A stretch of DNA of 64,000 nucleotides from Octopus vulgaris (GCA_951406725.2 OX597823.1:90396001-90460000); one strand, 5' to 3'; positions 1 through 12,095 are shown, counted from the stretch's first letter. Numbers and translations: made by a program. Notes: generated by a model not told the origin, from the letters alone.

Positions 1-897
1 ATATATATATGTATGTATATATATATATGATGTGCATATATATGTGTGCATGTGTGTGTGCATACACATGTGTCCATATATATGTATGTATATACATATG
101 TACATCTATATATGTGTGTGTGTGTGTATGTATATATATATATATGTATTAACACATATGGTCATATATATATATATATACTCGATAAGTACTATATATA
201 TACACGTAAATATGTGTATGTATATATATATTTGTGCATGTCCCCTACATACTTGTGGATATATATCTACATTTACACATATTTCCACACATATGCATAT
301 GTTCATACAAATATATGTACACACACACATACACACACACATGTGCAGATGTAAACATTCAAACATTATGTACGTACATTATATATTCAAATATGTATAC
401 ATTTGCAAGCACATGCTTATACACACACACACACTCCTAATATGCGTACACACATATATGTGTGTATGTGTGTGTATGTACAGCACACACACATGCAATA
501 CACAATTCCATTTGTGAAAGTGAATCAGTTGAGAGGGAGTGTGTTGATGACCTTTATGAATCCTCCCTGAATTGGTGAAAGTGATGTGGCCAATGGCCTG
601 TCTGAACCAATCTGGCAGATACCCAGTGGACACAGGTCAGTGCCTGGTGTCTAGTGGTGGAGGACTTGGGGGGGGGTGAGGGGCATTACTGTAATCTCAG
701 TTTAAATCTATCATTCTTCCATGCACCAGTATATATGTCGTGAGCATAGGAATGAATACACATGCATACACACACATAGATGCTGATACACACACACACA
801 CACACATATTCTCACATATATACACATGTAAATGTCCTCACACATATATGAATATATATACATGTATATTTACATATATACACATACACAAACATGC

Positions 898-930
<33 letters not shown>

Positions 931-946
931 CATATGTATACACATA

Positions 947-1193
947 GGCACAGGAATGGCTGTGTGGTAAGGAGGTTGCTTCCCAACCACATGGTTCTGG
1001 GTTCAGTCCCACTGTGTGGTACCTTGGGAAAGTGTCTTCTACTATAGCCTTGGGCCGACCAAACCCTTGTGAGTGGATTTGGTAGATGGAGACTGAAAGA
1101 AGCCTGTCGTGTATATATATATATATATATATATATACATGAATATGTTCTTGTGCCTGTGTTTGTCCCCCTACCATCGCTTGACAACTGATA
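947..1193 (+). mobile_element. tRNA-derived SINE family A (CORE-like, resembles octopus OR2-type), head plus internal (TA)n plus partial tail
   Basis: Head GGCACAGGAATGGCTGTGTGGTAAG (A box) and GGTTCAGTCCC (B-box-like), then CORE-like ACCTTGGGAAAGTGTCTTC. The same sequence recurs more than 15 times in the window. Family name is tentative. Confidence 0.8.
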
Positions 1194-1936
1194 TAATGTG
1201 TCTCGAGGAAACATGTTCCAGAAGATGCCTAGAAGAGAGTATGGTGACAGAAGAATCTGGAAGAATGGGTTATGTTGCAAGAGAGTATGTGGCACAGTGA
1301 GAGATGGACATATGGATGGGATGGATGTAAGTTCCTCAAATATTGTAGAGAACATAATGTATTTGAAATGTAGGTGTATAGGTGAGTTACTTACAAGGGT
1401 CTCTTACAAGAACCATGTTGTTAGATGTTGCTTATAGGAGATGAGGGTAGGGAATGGTGAACGGAAGTGGGTGGTGAATATGAATGATGAATGAAGAAAT
1501 GACGATAAGAGTGATAGATGGGATGATGTCAACTGGGAGCAGCTGAGGGGAGAAAGTGTGGGGAGGAATCATGAAGTGTTGTAATGGGAAACAGGGCTTG
1601 ATTTCATTTCTTACAGCAGAAGGGTGGTGCTGTAGATAGGAGAGGAATGGAGGGATGAGTGATAGGAAGATGAAGGGTGGGGTTAAAGGTTGCAAGAGCA
1701 TGTGTGTGTGTGTGGGGAGGAGTAAGAAATGGATTAAACAAGGATGGGGTCGATAAAAGTAAGACTCAGGGATGTATATCAATAGGAAGTGATTCAGAGA
1801 AGGGATCCAGTTGTTTGGTTTGGTAGAAGGAGAGGAGAGAGAAAAAAGTAACAATTGTAGCTTTGTCAAAGATAAATAAAATGAGGGATCCAATTGTGTG
1901 TAGGACACTCGGTGAAGGGTATATATATATATATAT

Positions 1937-2328
1937 TTTTTGCTTGTTTCAGTCATTTGACTGCGGCCATGCTGGAGCACCGCCTTTAGTCGAGCAAATC
2001 AACCCCGGGACTTATTCTTTGTAAGCCCAGTACTTATTCTATTGGCCTCTTTTGCCGAACCGCTAAGTGACGGGGACGTAAACACACCAGCATCGGTTGT
2101 CAAGCAATGCTAAGGGGACAAACACAGATACACAAACACATACATATATATATATATACATGTATATGACAGGCTTCTTTCAGTTTCCGTCTACCAAATC
2201 CACTCACAAGGCATTGGTCAGCCCAGGGCTATAGCAGAAGACACTTGCCCAAGATGCCACGTAGTGGGACTGAACCCGGAACCATGTGGTTGGTTAGCAA
2301 GCTACTTACCACACAGCCACTCCTGTGC
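1937..2328 (-). mobile_element. SINE family A, near full length
   Basis: Reverse complement of head, internal microsatellite and tail ending CAGTCAAATGACTGAAACAAG. Confidence 0.85.
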
Positions 2329-2358
2329 CCATATATATATATATATATATATATATAA

Positions 2359-2522
2359 AGGCACAGGTGTAGAAAGAAGTTTGGTTCATAATCACATGGC
2401 ACCAGGTTTAGTCTCCCTGCATGGCATCTTTGGCAAAAGCCTTCTACTTTAGCTTTGGGGACCAATCAAAGAGTGCTGTTGTGAGTGTATTTAGCAGATG
2501 GAAACTTAAAGAAGCCCATCGT
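2359..2522 (+). mobile_element. SINE family A, diverged head
   Basis: Alignable by eye to 947-1110, with many substitutions. Confidence 0.7.
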
Positions 2523-2578
2523 ATATGTGTTTGTGTATGTATGTATTTGTGTATGTATATATATATATATTATATGTA

Positions 2579-2650
<72 letters not shown>

Positions 2651-2736
2651 GTGTGTGTGTGTACTTCAAGATGTAACCACATGTGAATCGTTGGTGATTT
2701 TCTTCCTCTGTCTTCCTTTCTATTGAACTTCCCTCT

Positions 2737-2772
2737 GTTTCCGAAGAAGAGTGTTTGCTCGAAACGTTAAAC
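2737..2772 (+). ncRNA. Degenerate minimal hammerhead ribozyme motif in a Penelope-like terminal repeat remnant (about 2665-2880)
   Basis: GTTT-CCGAAGA-A-GAGT gttt GCTC-GAAAC-GTT-AAAC. Stem I is GTTT/AAAC, stem II is a hairpin and stem III is the palindrome AACGTT. The core reads CCGAAGA instead of CTGAAGA. Confidence 0.55.
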
Positions 2773-2905
2773 CACCTTTCTTTCCTTCCCTGAGCATCTG
2801 CTAATACTTTACATGTACCACATACTTGCATTGTAGTGTTTATAGTGTTTGTTGTTGTTCCTTTTTTCTTGATTTACTATATATATATATCTGTGTGTGT
2901 GTGTG

Positions 2906-2944
<39 letters not shown>

Positions 2945-2954
<10 letters not shown>

Positions 2955-3055
2955 CTGTGGTTGCAGAACAAACAAATATAAGGTCATCCATGTAATATGA
3001 AATGTTACGTGGATGACCTTAAATTTGTTTGTTCTGCAATCATAGTTTAATATAT
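2945..3055. repeat. Near-perfect inverted repeat (hairpin) with arms of about 54 bp and a 3-nt loop
   Basis: TAAACTGTGGTTGCAGAACAAACAAATATAAGGTCATCCATGTAATAT-gaa-ATGTTACGTGGATGACCTTAAATTTGTTTGTTCTGCAATCATAGTTTA. Confidence 0.9.
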
Positions 3056-3144
3056 TTGTCTCATTTAATTGAGCACTTCTATAGCAGTCCTATTAAACAT
3101 TTTGTTCCTGATAAGAAACAATCACTGTATTACTGATATATATA

Positions 3145-3290
3145 TCATCATCATCATCATCATCGTTTAGCGTCCGTTTTCCATGCTAGCATGGGTTGGA
3201 TTTCTACTGGGGTCTGTGAAGCCAGAAGGCTTCATCAGGCCCAGTCAAATCTGGCAGTGTTTCTACGGCTGGATGCCCTTCCTAACGCCA
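3145..3290 (-). mobile_element. RTE-type LINE 3'UTR end with (GAT)n tail
   Basis: Same terminal sequence as the ORF-linked copy at 48390-48950, and nearly identical to 61708-61860. Confidence 0.7.
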
Positions 3291-3308
3291 TATATATATA
3301 TGTATATA

Positions 3309-3351
<43 letters not shown>

Positions 3352-3611
3352 CACAAGAGAGTATACATATATATAAATACAAAAATGGGACAAGAACACA
3401 AAACATCCAGAAGACAATACAAAAAACATGGACGGGTCATTCGAAGTCTTTAATCTTCAGTCACTTGTCCCATTTTGTATTTTTTTATATATATATAGTG
3501 GTGTACGTACACTTTGTTCTCTTATATATATACATACATACATACACATATATACATATATACGTTTAAGGACTTTTACTTCACCAGATCTTATCTATTG
3601 TATATAAAGTG

Positions 3612-3932
3612 AAGGCACGTGGCTTAGTGGTTAGAGCATTCAGCTCATGATCAAAAGGGCATGAGTTCAATTCCCGGCGATACATTGTGTCCTTGAGCAA
3701 GACACTTTATTTCATGTTGCTCCGTTCCACTCAGCTTGCAAAAAATGAGTAGTACCTGTATTTCAAAGGGCCGGCCTTATCACACTCTTTGTCACGTTGA
3801 ATCTCTCTGAGAAGTACATTAATGGTACACATGTCTGTGGAGTGCTCAGCCACTTACACGTTAATTTCACGATCAAGCTGTTCCGTTGATTGTATCAGTT
3901 GAGACCCTTGTTGACACAACCGACAGAGTGCT
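3612..3932 (+). mobile_element. tRNA-derived SINE family C variant
   Basis: A box TGGCTTAGTGG and B box GAGTTCAATTCC. The 3' half matches 59190-59375. Confidence 0.75.
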
Positions 3933-4223
3933 CCTGTATATCTATTTATCTATCTATCTATCAATCTATCTATCTATATATATAGTAATCTATCTATATA
4001 TATATATATATATATATAGATATATATCAGTAAACCCTCAATTAGTAATATGTTAAAAAAAACATGAAACATGTAAAGTAGAAAAACAAGCACTAGAACT
4101 GCATACACACACACACACACAATTAAAGATGGTGCCAAAGCATGGCCTGAGCCGTAATGGTTAAAACAAACAAAAGCACTAAAAGAACTTATCTACGCCC
4201 CCCCACCAAGACATGCACAAACA

Positions 4224-4284
<61 letters not shown>

Positions 4285-5489
4285 ACTAATCAGGACCATA
4301 TATATTCATATACAGGCAGATGCATTTGTACATTCTTATCATTGATATATATATACATATATATATACATAACCACACACACACATCTATATATATCATA
4401 CATATTACATGTGTGTGCATGTGTATATCTATATAAACACACATATATATCCACTCCACAAATAAAAATCCAAGTGCCTGTATCCCAGCATGAAGGACAG
4501 AGTTTCCAAGTATTCCCCCTCCCTCTTCGCCACCCTTAACGAGTGATGGAAAATGGAAATCTGAGTGAAGTGATGTAGATCTGAGTTCATGTCGGTACAT
4601 TTGTGATCTGAGACTCTGAGAAGGAATGGTCAGGGTGGGGGAATGGAGTTGGGGTAAGGGGTGGTTGGCAGATAATAAGCAGAGATTATGCAAATATTTA
4701 GGAGATTGTGTGGTCTTCAGTGTAAAGTGTACAGTGATGTGTACACTTGTACCAGACTTAGACACACACACACACACACACACACTCACTCACGCATACA
4801 GACACACACACATAGGCAAACATACTGATAACAACATGCACAGGTAAACATATATACACGTACACACATAGAGGCAACACATACACACACAGGAGAAAGA
4901 AATGTGTATATGCACACACATACACATACAAGCATCACACATACACACACAGGCAAACACATGCATAGACATGCACACAAATGCACACACATGCAGGCAA
5001 ACACATACGAATACACAGACAAACACACATATGGGTGAGCACATACACTCACACAGGTAACTATACACCCCCCCATACACACACACATGCACAGAGGCAG
5101 ACATGTTCTACTAGACTGCCAAAGTATCTGATGATGAACTCCTGTTCAAAGGCCCTCCCATGTAGGGCTTTTAAGAAATATTGTACCAGGTAGAATGAAT
5201 TTCCTTTTGAGGCCCTCTCTGGGAAAGGGTTTAGGTTCCTATCAACTTTGTTAGGAATTCACAAGACTCCTTTCTTTGATCTGAACCTTTTCTTGGATTT
5301 CCAGGGCCTTGGTTCTATGCACCAGTTAAATGCCCATCTCTACTTCTGTTTCCAGGCAATATTTAACAGGAATACATATGCTCAGTAATGCAACATAACA
5401 ACATAGTAATGATATATATGCTACAATGTGCATACCCCCCCCAAACACACCAGACTTCTTATAGTCTCTGTCTACTAAATCCACTCACT

Positions 5490-5644
5490 TTTAGTCGAGC
5501 AAATTGACCCCAGGACTTATTCTTTGTAGGCTTCGTACTTATTCTATCAGTCACTTTTGCTGAACCGCTAAGTGACAGGGATGTAAACACACCAGCATCA
5601 GTTGTCAAGCGATGGTGGAGAGACAAACAATGACACACAAACAA

Positions 5645-5677
<33 letters not shown>

Positions 5678-5848
5678 TATATATACAACGGGCTTCTTTC
5701 AGTTTCCATCTACCAAATCTACTCACAAGGCTTTGGTCGGCCTGAGGCTATAGTAGAAGACACTTGCCCAAGGTGCCACGCAGTGGGACTGAACCCAGAA
5801 CCATGTCATTGGTAAGCAGGCTACTTACCACACAGCCACTCCTGCACC
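5490..5848 (-). mobile_element. SINE family A
   Basis: Reverse complement of head, microsatellite and tail; similar to 1937-2328. Confidence 0.8.
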
Positions 5849-6646
5849 TATATATATATATATCCCCTATATTTATGCGAGCTTGTGTGATCGACTAGAC
5901 TATTGGATGTTGTTATGCATCGCTGGTCACAATGCGCTTTGTGTGGTTTTAGCTTTTGACTGATACTACCCTACTGGCTAGTCCAAGTGGCCTAATGTCT
6001 GTTCCCCCTGATCAGAAGGCTGCTCTGTTGTAGGGTGGCCCATTTACAGCTGAGTGGACTGGACCAATGTGAAACGAAGTACTTTATTCAATCACAGAAT
6101 GTGCTGCCTGGTCTGGGAACCTAGCCCATGATCTAGTGACAATGAGGGCAACACCCTCACCAATAGGCCATGCGCTTTCACATGTATCCCACATTAATCT
6201 CTGATTAACTCATATCTAATTAATTACTAAACATTTATTGTGTTTGTTTATTTCTTATCTTTAAAATATAAAAGAAGCTAAGTCGGGCCAAAGTTGGAGT
6301 TTCCTTTCGTTACATTGTGATTAATAACAAACTGAAAATTTAATAAATATTTTGGAAAATGGCCACAAACTTTCCATTGATCTTTTGAAGCGTTTGCCAA
6401 CAGTGTCTCAAACTAACCTTGTAACAACTCCACTGATATTTTAAAATATCTTTTAACAACAAAATGCTGAATGATAAACTTTGAAGTCATTGAAAAAAAA
6501 AATACTAAGTCGTCGTTGTTGTTGTTGTTGTTGTCATCGCCGTCATCATCATCAGTTTAATGTGCACTTTCACTTGCTCCATTTTTACATCTGCTTTTGC
6601 ATGGGTGAGACCAGGGGTCAGTCAAGCAGTCAGTATTGAGTCCTAG

Positions 6647-6877
6647 GGCGGTGAGCAGGCAGAAACGTTAGCATGCCGGGCGAAATGCATAGCCGTATTT
6701 CGTCTGCTGCTACGTTCTGAGTTCAAATTCTGCCGAGGTCGCCTTTGCCTTTCATCCTTTCGAGGTCGATTAAATAAGTACCAGTTACGCACTGGGGTCG
6801 ATGTAATCGACTTAATCCGTTTGTCTGTCCTTGTTTGTTCCCTCTGTGTTTAGCCCCTTGTGGGTAGTAAAGAAATA
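6647..6877 (+). mobile_element. Full-length SINE family B (Nin-domain-like) with 15-bp TSD
   Basis: B box GAGTTCAAATTC and central GCCTTTCATCCTTTCGAGGTCGATTAAATAAGTACCAG (Nin-like). Flanked by the direct repeat AGTATTGAGTCCTAG at 6632-6646 and 6878-6892. Confidence 0.9.
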
Positions 6878-7169
6878 AGTATTGAGTCCTAGGGGTCAAT
6901 GTAGCTATGTAAGACATTGATAAACACCTGAAACGATTTTGATCATTAAGGGTGCTGAATAAATAGTGAACTGAATCTGGAAGAGTGTGGGTAATTTAAG
7001 GGTAAAACTCACTAATGTACAGTCAAATATCAATACAATATTAGTGTTTACCAAACACATATTATATCTCAAGTATTTTGATTGTATTAAGTCAGGTCTG
7101 AATTAGGGGCCTACATCATTGCTGTGTATGGTGCATTCAACATTCATTGGTATATATTACAGGATCCTC

Positions 7170-7400
7170 CTGGGGAACCCCTTGAGTAGAGGGTCAGTTC
7201 CCATCTCCACAAGATACCTCCTCATCTGTCACGACCATGGGGCATGTGGTTGACCAATACAAGCCATCAACCCAGTTGGATCCTCAATGAATAGAACATT
7301 GTAAGCAGGGTCCAGCTTGGGTCATTGAGGAACATGACCACTCAGTTTGAGTTGGCACTCTTGAATCATACAAGGGACTGGATGCATCCCAGTTTCTGGG
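7170..7400 (-). mobile_element. Decayed RTE-clade LINE ORF C-terminal fragment
   Basis: Manual translation gives ETGMHPVPCMIQECQLKLSGHVPQ*PKLDPAYNVLFIEDPTG...GQPHAPW. This matches the RTE C-terminal pattern (RQLRxxGHV...DP...GRP...W). Confidence 0.65.
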
Positions 7401-7497
7401 TTCAGTCCTGACTGTATTTATATAATATCATTAAATTTTATTCTTTATCAATTTTGTTGAGCATTTTCATTAAATTTCTTTAAATATTTCTTATTAA

Positions 7498-8320
7498 CAC
7501 GTTGCCTGCCACAGGACATCGATATGATCTGCTTCTATTTGCCAAAAGGGTTTTTATTAACTTTCTCAAATCAGAAAGCTGAAATATTTGGTGTGGTGGT
7601 ATATAGGTACATAATACATGTAATCACACTACAATGTCGTGATACAAGTTATCTCATAGTAATGCAAAATGCTCAGATTGGTTTGCTACGAAGGCTTTGA
7701 GGGGATGTTATGCATTATTTGACTATGTCTCTTCATTGTATGTTTTCTTTATTTTTTTCAGATTCACAAAGAACTATTATAAATTTTGATTTGTAATATA
7801 TAAGATGCCAAAAAGCCTTTCCAATGAAAAAATTGCTGGAGTGCTTCAGGAACCCGTGGTAAATGAACTATCGGAAGATGATATCTTAGAGTCAGAGAGT
7901 GAATACTGAGATGCTTTGGATAAAAATTAGCAAATACCAGTGGAAGTAAATACCAGTGAGGCCAGTTCCACTGACGAAGATGAACAATTAGTTGCTTGAG
8001 GTCATAAGAGACAACGCAGTTCTCCTGTACCGACAGCACCGAGTTCTCCGGCACCAACTGCATCGACATCTAATACCTGATATATATAGATGTTTTACCA
8101 AATATATTTCCTGGCTGGTGCCATGATATTAGTTAACTTGTATTATTGGGCAAATAAAAGGTGTCTTTGGTGTTTCCACTACACGCTCACAATGTTAGAT
8201 CCAGATGCCAGTTCATTTTAAGCTTGTTACAATAAAATAGACCTCTATGAGTATGCTCCTACCTGGCAAAATTGTATAGATTGGCTACTACGAGATAACT
8301 CGTTGTTGGCAGTCAAAATG
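7498..8320 (+). mobile_element. Internally deleted piggyBac-like DNA transposon
   Basis: TTAA lies at 7494-7497 and 8321-8324. TIRs are CACGTTGCCTGCCA and CATTTTGACTGCCA (11/14). An internal inverted repeat links 7644-7661 and 8286-8303 (16/18). An acidic N-terminal ORF remnant lies inside. Confidence 0.75.
7805..8080 (+). pseudogene. piggyBac-like transposase N-terminal remnant
   Basis: MPKSLSNEKIAGVLQEPVVNELSEDDILESESEY*DALDKN*QIPVEVNTSEASSTDEDEQLVA*GHKRQRSSP... has three internal stops. An acidic, Ser-rich N-terminus is typical of piggyBac transposases; no catalytic domain is present. Confidence 0.6.
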
Positions 8321-8356
8321 TTAAAAAGCAGTAACGACAGAAAAATAAATGACAGT

Positions 8357-8460
8357 TTCCTCTGAATCCATCCAACGGTTCTTGAGATATCTTGTCCACG
8401 GACAAACAAACAAACACAACTGAAAACAATACCTTTGCCTTCACTAAGGTGGAGGTAATA
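8357..8460 (+). mobile_element. Possible Helentron/DINE-1-like non-autonomous element 3' end
   Basis: A short (CAAA)n run is followed by the terminal hairpin ACCTTTGCCTT-cact-AAGGTGGAGGT and then AAT. Architecture only. Confidence 0.35.
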
Positions 8461-9249
8461 ATGATTTCAAATTTTGGTACAAGGCCAGCAATTTAGGGGT
8501 GGGGCTAAGACGATTGCATCAACCCCAATGTTCAACTGGTACTTATTTTATTGACCCCAAAAGGATGAAAGGTAAAGGGGACCTCGACAGAATTTAATAA
8601 ACATCAAAGTTTAAAAAGCAAAAATTATCTATATAGTTATGTGTGTGTGTGTGTGTTTGGCGGATATTAATTTGCATATCTTTCAACAAAAGTTCCAGAA
8701 GCAAAAACGAAAATAATATAAATATAAAAAAACTGCTGCACTCACACACACACACACGCACACACACACACACGCACAAGCACAAACACACACGTACACA
8801 CACACACGCACACACACACACACACGCGCGCGCACACGCACACACACACACACACACATGCACACACACACACACGCACACACACACGCGCACACACATG
8901 CACACATACACACATGCAAATACAAAAAATACAAAAAAGAAGAAAAAAAGTAAAAAGCAAAAGGATCCTAACGAACTGAAGCAGATTAGTTTTGCGTTAA
9001 TTAGTTATTTTATGAAATATGTTTTCTGTGTGTCTGCTGGGCAAAGATTCAGTTTAAGAAAATAGAAACTAAATCAGTAACCGTGTGTGTGTGTGTGTGT
9101 ATGTATATATGTGTGTGTGTGTGTGTGTGTGCAGTGTGTGTGTGCGTGTGTGTGTGTGTGCAGTGGGTATGTGTGCAGTGGGGTTTAGTCATGTAGTTTC
9201 TCAGCTCCAACAGGAATGAAACGATGTGTAATGAACAGAAACACTATAC

Positions 9250-9550
9250 TATGAAAACAATGCAAGCTGCGGGTTGCGCATATAATGCGCTCGGCAACAT
9301 TTCACGTACGACAGCAAATGCACTCGAAAGATCCGCAGACGTAAAATAATATTCTTCGCATGCAGCAGCTGATGGGGTCGGCGAGAAGGGGTCGTGTCGT
9401 AGACATTTGTAACCGAAACGGAAAAGAAAGAAAATTGTGCAATCAGCAATTGAGGTGCATCGCCGTATTGTTGGCGGCGGGGGGTGCGGGGTGGGGCAAT
9501 GTTTGTCAGTGGTGGTGGTCACGGCAGTGTAATATTTTGCAGGTGAACCC
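9250..9550. promoter_or_regulatory. CpG-rich unique-sequence island (candidate promoter or first exon)
   Basis: About 22 CpG counted in roughly 260 bp (9265-9525), against CpG-poor surroundings. It is not similar to any repeat in the window. Confidence 0.45.
9302..9406 (-). CDS. Candidate short Cys-rich ORF or first coding exon, MSTTRPLLADPISCCMRRILFYVCGSFECICC(RT*)
   Basis: ATG at 9406 and stop at 9302-9304, with a possible splice donor GTACGT starting at 9309 on the minus strand. It lies within the CpG island. No homolog recognised. Confidence 0.25.
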   Translation of the reverse strand: MSTTRPLLADPISCCMRRILFYVCGSFECICCRT

Positions 9551-10058
9551 TGGCTGGGTTTGTACTCAGGAAGTGTCAGAGAAACCAAATGTTTACCAAT
9601 GGGATCGTCCATTGTTATTGTTGCATCTTTTACGGTTTTACTGACTGACCCAGGCTGTTGGTGTTGTTGTTGTTGGTGCTGTTGTTATTGTTGCTGTTGT
9701 TTAGCCCCAGGTTTCCCTAAGATTAACAACCGAAACCACTGGTTACTGAGTTCAAAACTATAGCAAAACATACTCCACTGCTTTGTTTTACATATGCGTA
9801 TATATGTGTGTATATGTGTATGTATGTATATATATGTGTATATGTGCTTATATATGTATATATGTGTATATATGTATATATATGGGTATATGTGTATATT
9901 TGTGTATATGTGTATATATGTATATATGTATATATATGGGTATATGTGTATATATGTGTATATCTGTATGTATGTGTATATATGTGTATGTTTGTATATA
10001 TGTATATATATATGTGTATATGTGTATATATGCATATATATGTGTGTATATGTGTATA

Positions 10059-10219
10059 TAGGTGTAAGTGTGGTTGTGTGGTGAAAAGTTTCCTTCCCAA
10101 CCAAATGGCTTCAGGTTCAGTCCCAGTGTGTGACATTTTGGGTGCTTTCTAACATATCCCTGGACTGGTCAAAGTCTTGTGAGTGGATTTGGTAGATGGA
10201 AACTGAAAGAAGCCTGCTG

Positions 10220-10259
<40 letters not shown>

Positions 10260-10520
10260 TATGTATGTATATGTATGTGAATGTGTGTGTGCATGTGTGT
10301 GTGTTTGTGTCTGTGTTTGTTCACCACCACTGCATGACAAGAGGTGTTGGTGTGTTTATGTCCCTGTAACTTAGCAGTTCAGCAAAAGAGAATGATCGAA
10401 TAAAGTACCTGGCTTAACCAAAAGAATCTAAGTACTGAAGCTGATTCGTTCAATTAAAATTCTTCGAGGTTGTGCCCCAGCATGGCCACAGTCTAATGAC
10501 TGAAACAAATAAAGGATAAA
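10059..10520 (+). mobile_element. SINE family A, full length, diverged
   Basis: Head, internal (TA)n/(TG)n and tail ...CAGTCTAATGACTGAAACAAA. Confidence 0.8.
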
Positions 10521-10787
10521 AGTTGTGAGTGTGTGTGTATACATGAGTTCTTTTATTTCAGTCTATGGAGTGTGGCCATACTGGAGCACCACCTCAACGA
10601 GTTTAGTTTGAACAAATGATTGCCCCACCACCACCACCACCCCATTACTTATTTCTTATGTCTGGTGCCTGTTCATTTGCTCCTTTTTTTACTGGAGTGC
10701 TAAGTTATGGAGACATAAACAAACCAACACTGGTTGTCAAAGTGTGGGTAAGACAAATACGAACCAACACACACACATACACACATA

Positions 10788-10910
10788 TGAGGGGCTGTTG
10801 TAAAGTCGATAGCTTTGGGTAAAAGAAAATACAGGAGGATCAGTTAATTATGATTTTATTCAACGTATTCCCTTCTCAGATTCACACACTTATTGCAGTG
10901 GTCCTTCAGT
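10788..10910 (-). mobile_element. Mariner-like element 3' end fragment
   Basis: Reverse complement of 33210-33318. It encodes LKDHCNKCVNLRREYVE*, a mariner transposase C-terminal motif. Confidence 0.7.
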
Positions 10911-11119
10911 GGTCCTTCAATAGTCCTTCAGTGGTCCTTCAATAGTCCTTCAGTGGTCCTTCAGTAATCCTTCAGTGGTCCTTCAGTAGTCCACCAGTGG
11001 TCCTACAGTGGTCCACCAGTGGTCCTTCAGTGGTCCTGCCGTGGTCCTTCAGTGGTCCTGCCGTGGTCCAGTGGTGGTCCTTCAGTGGTCTTCCAGTAGT
11101 CCACCAGAGGTCCTTCAGT
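10896..11119. repeat. Minisatellite, 11-bp unit CAGTGGTCCTT, about 20 imperfect copies
   Basis: Directly visible tandem array. Confidence 0.9.
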
Positions 11120-11344
11120 CTGCCAAATTCCTTTGCAAGAAGAGCTATGTGTTTGAGGGACGGAGCATAAATGTGCTGTGAGAGAGAGCCTTTGTATGGC
11201 TGGTTATTAAGGGTAGTGTACAAGAGAAAAAGTAGCTTGGAAGGGTATGGAGATATGGTACTGGTGCAGGCAGAGGGAACCTGTGGAAGGGGGACAACAA
11301 AGAAGATGTGGGTGGAATGATGAGCCTCACTCACTTGGCTCTGC

Positions 11345-11648
11345 ATTGGTTAAGATGACAAATGCCTAGTTGATCTGATCAACAGAACAGCCGCTCATGA
11401 AATCAATATGTAGGTGGCTGAGTGCTCCACAGACATACTCTTTTACTTGTTTCAGTCATTTGACTGTGGCCACGCTGAAGCACAGCCTTTTAGTTGAGCA
11501 AATCGATCCAGGACTTATTCTTTGTAAGCCTAGTACTTATTCTATCGGTCTCTTTTGCTGAATTGCTAAGTTACAGGGACGTAAACATACCAGCATCGAT
11601 TGTGAAGCGATGTTGGGGGGACAAACACACACATGCACATACACACAT

Positions 11649-11721
<73 letters not shown>

Positions 11722-12095
11722 GCTTCTTTCAGTTTCAATCTACCAAATCCACTCACAAGGCTTTGGTCGGCCTGAGGCTATAGTAGAAGACACTTGCCCT
11801 AAGTGCAATGCAGTGGGACTGAACCCAGAACCATGTGGTTCATAAGCAAGCTACTTACCACACAGCCACTCCTACATGCACACTCTTAACAGGGTTCTGA
11901 GGGAGATTCATCATCATATCGAATGTGACAAGGCCAGCCTCTTTGAAATATGGGTACTACTCATTTTAGCCAGCCGAGTAGACTGGAGGAATGTGAAATA
12001 AAATGTCTTGTTCAAGGACACAACACACTGCCTGGTATTGAACTCATGCCTTATGATTAGGAGACAAATAGTCTAACCACTAAACCATGTGCCAT
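11345..12095 (-). mobile_element. SINE family C variant interrupted by a SINE family A copy (about 11418-11875)
   Basis: The family C 3' part (11345-11417) and 5' part (11880-12095) flank a complete family A copy on the same strand. Confidence 0.7.

Noticed and set aside
32-517. Many long ORFs rich in YI, HT, CV or YLPT repeats here and throughout (for example 15040-15675, 53730-54282, 58635-59042)
   Set aside because: They are translations of (TA)n/(CA)n/(CTAC)n microsatellites, which lack stop codons in several frames. There is no other coding signal.
5122-5175. CTGATGA followed by the hairpin TGAAC/GTTCA
   Set aside because: There is no GAAA box after stem II and no stem I pairing.
9560-9763. 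Plus-strand Cys-rich ORF (CWCCCCWCCCYCCCC)
   Set aside because: The Cys run derives from a (TGT/TGC) microsatellite.
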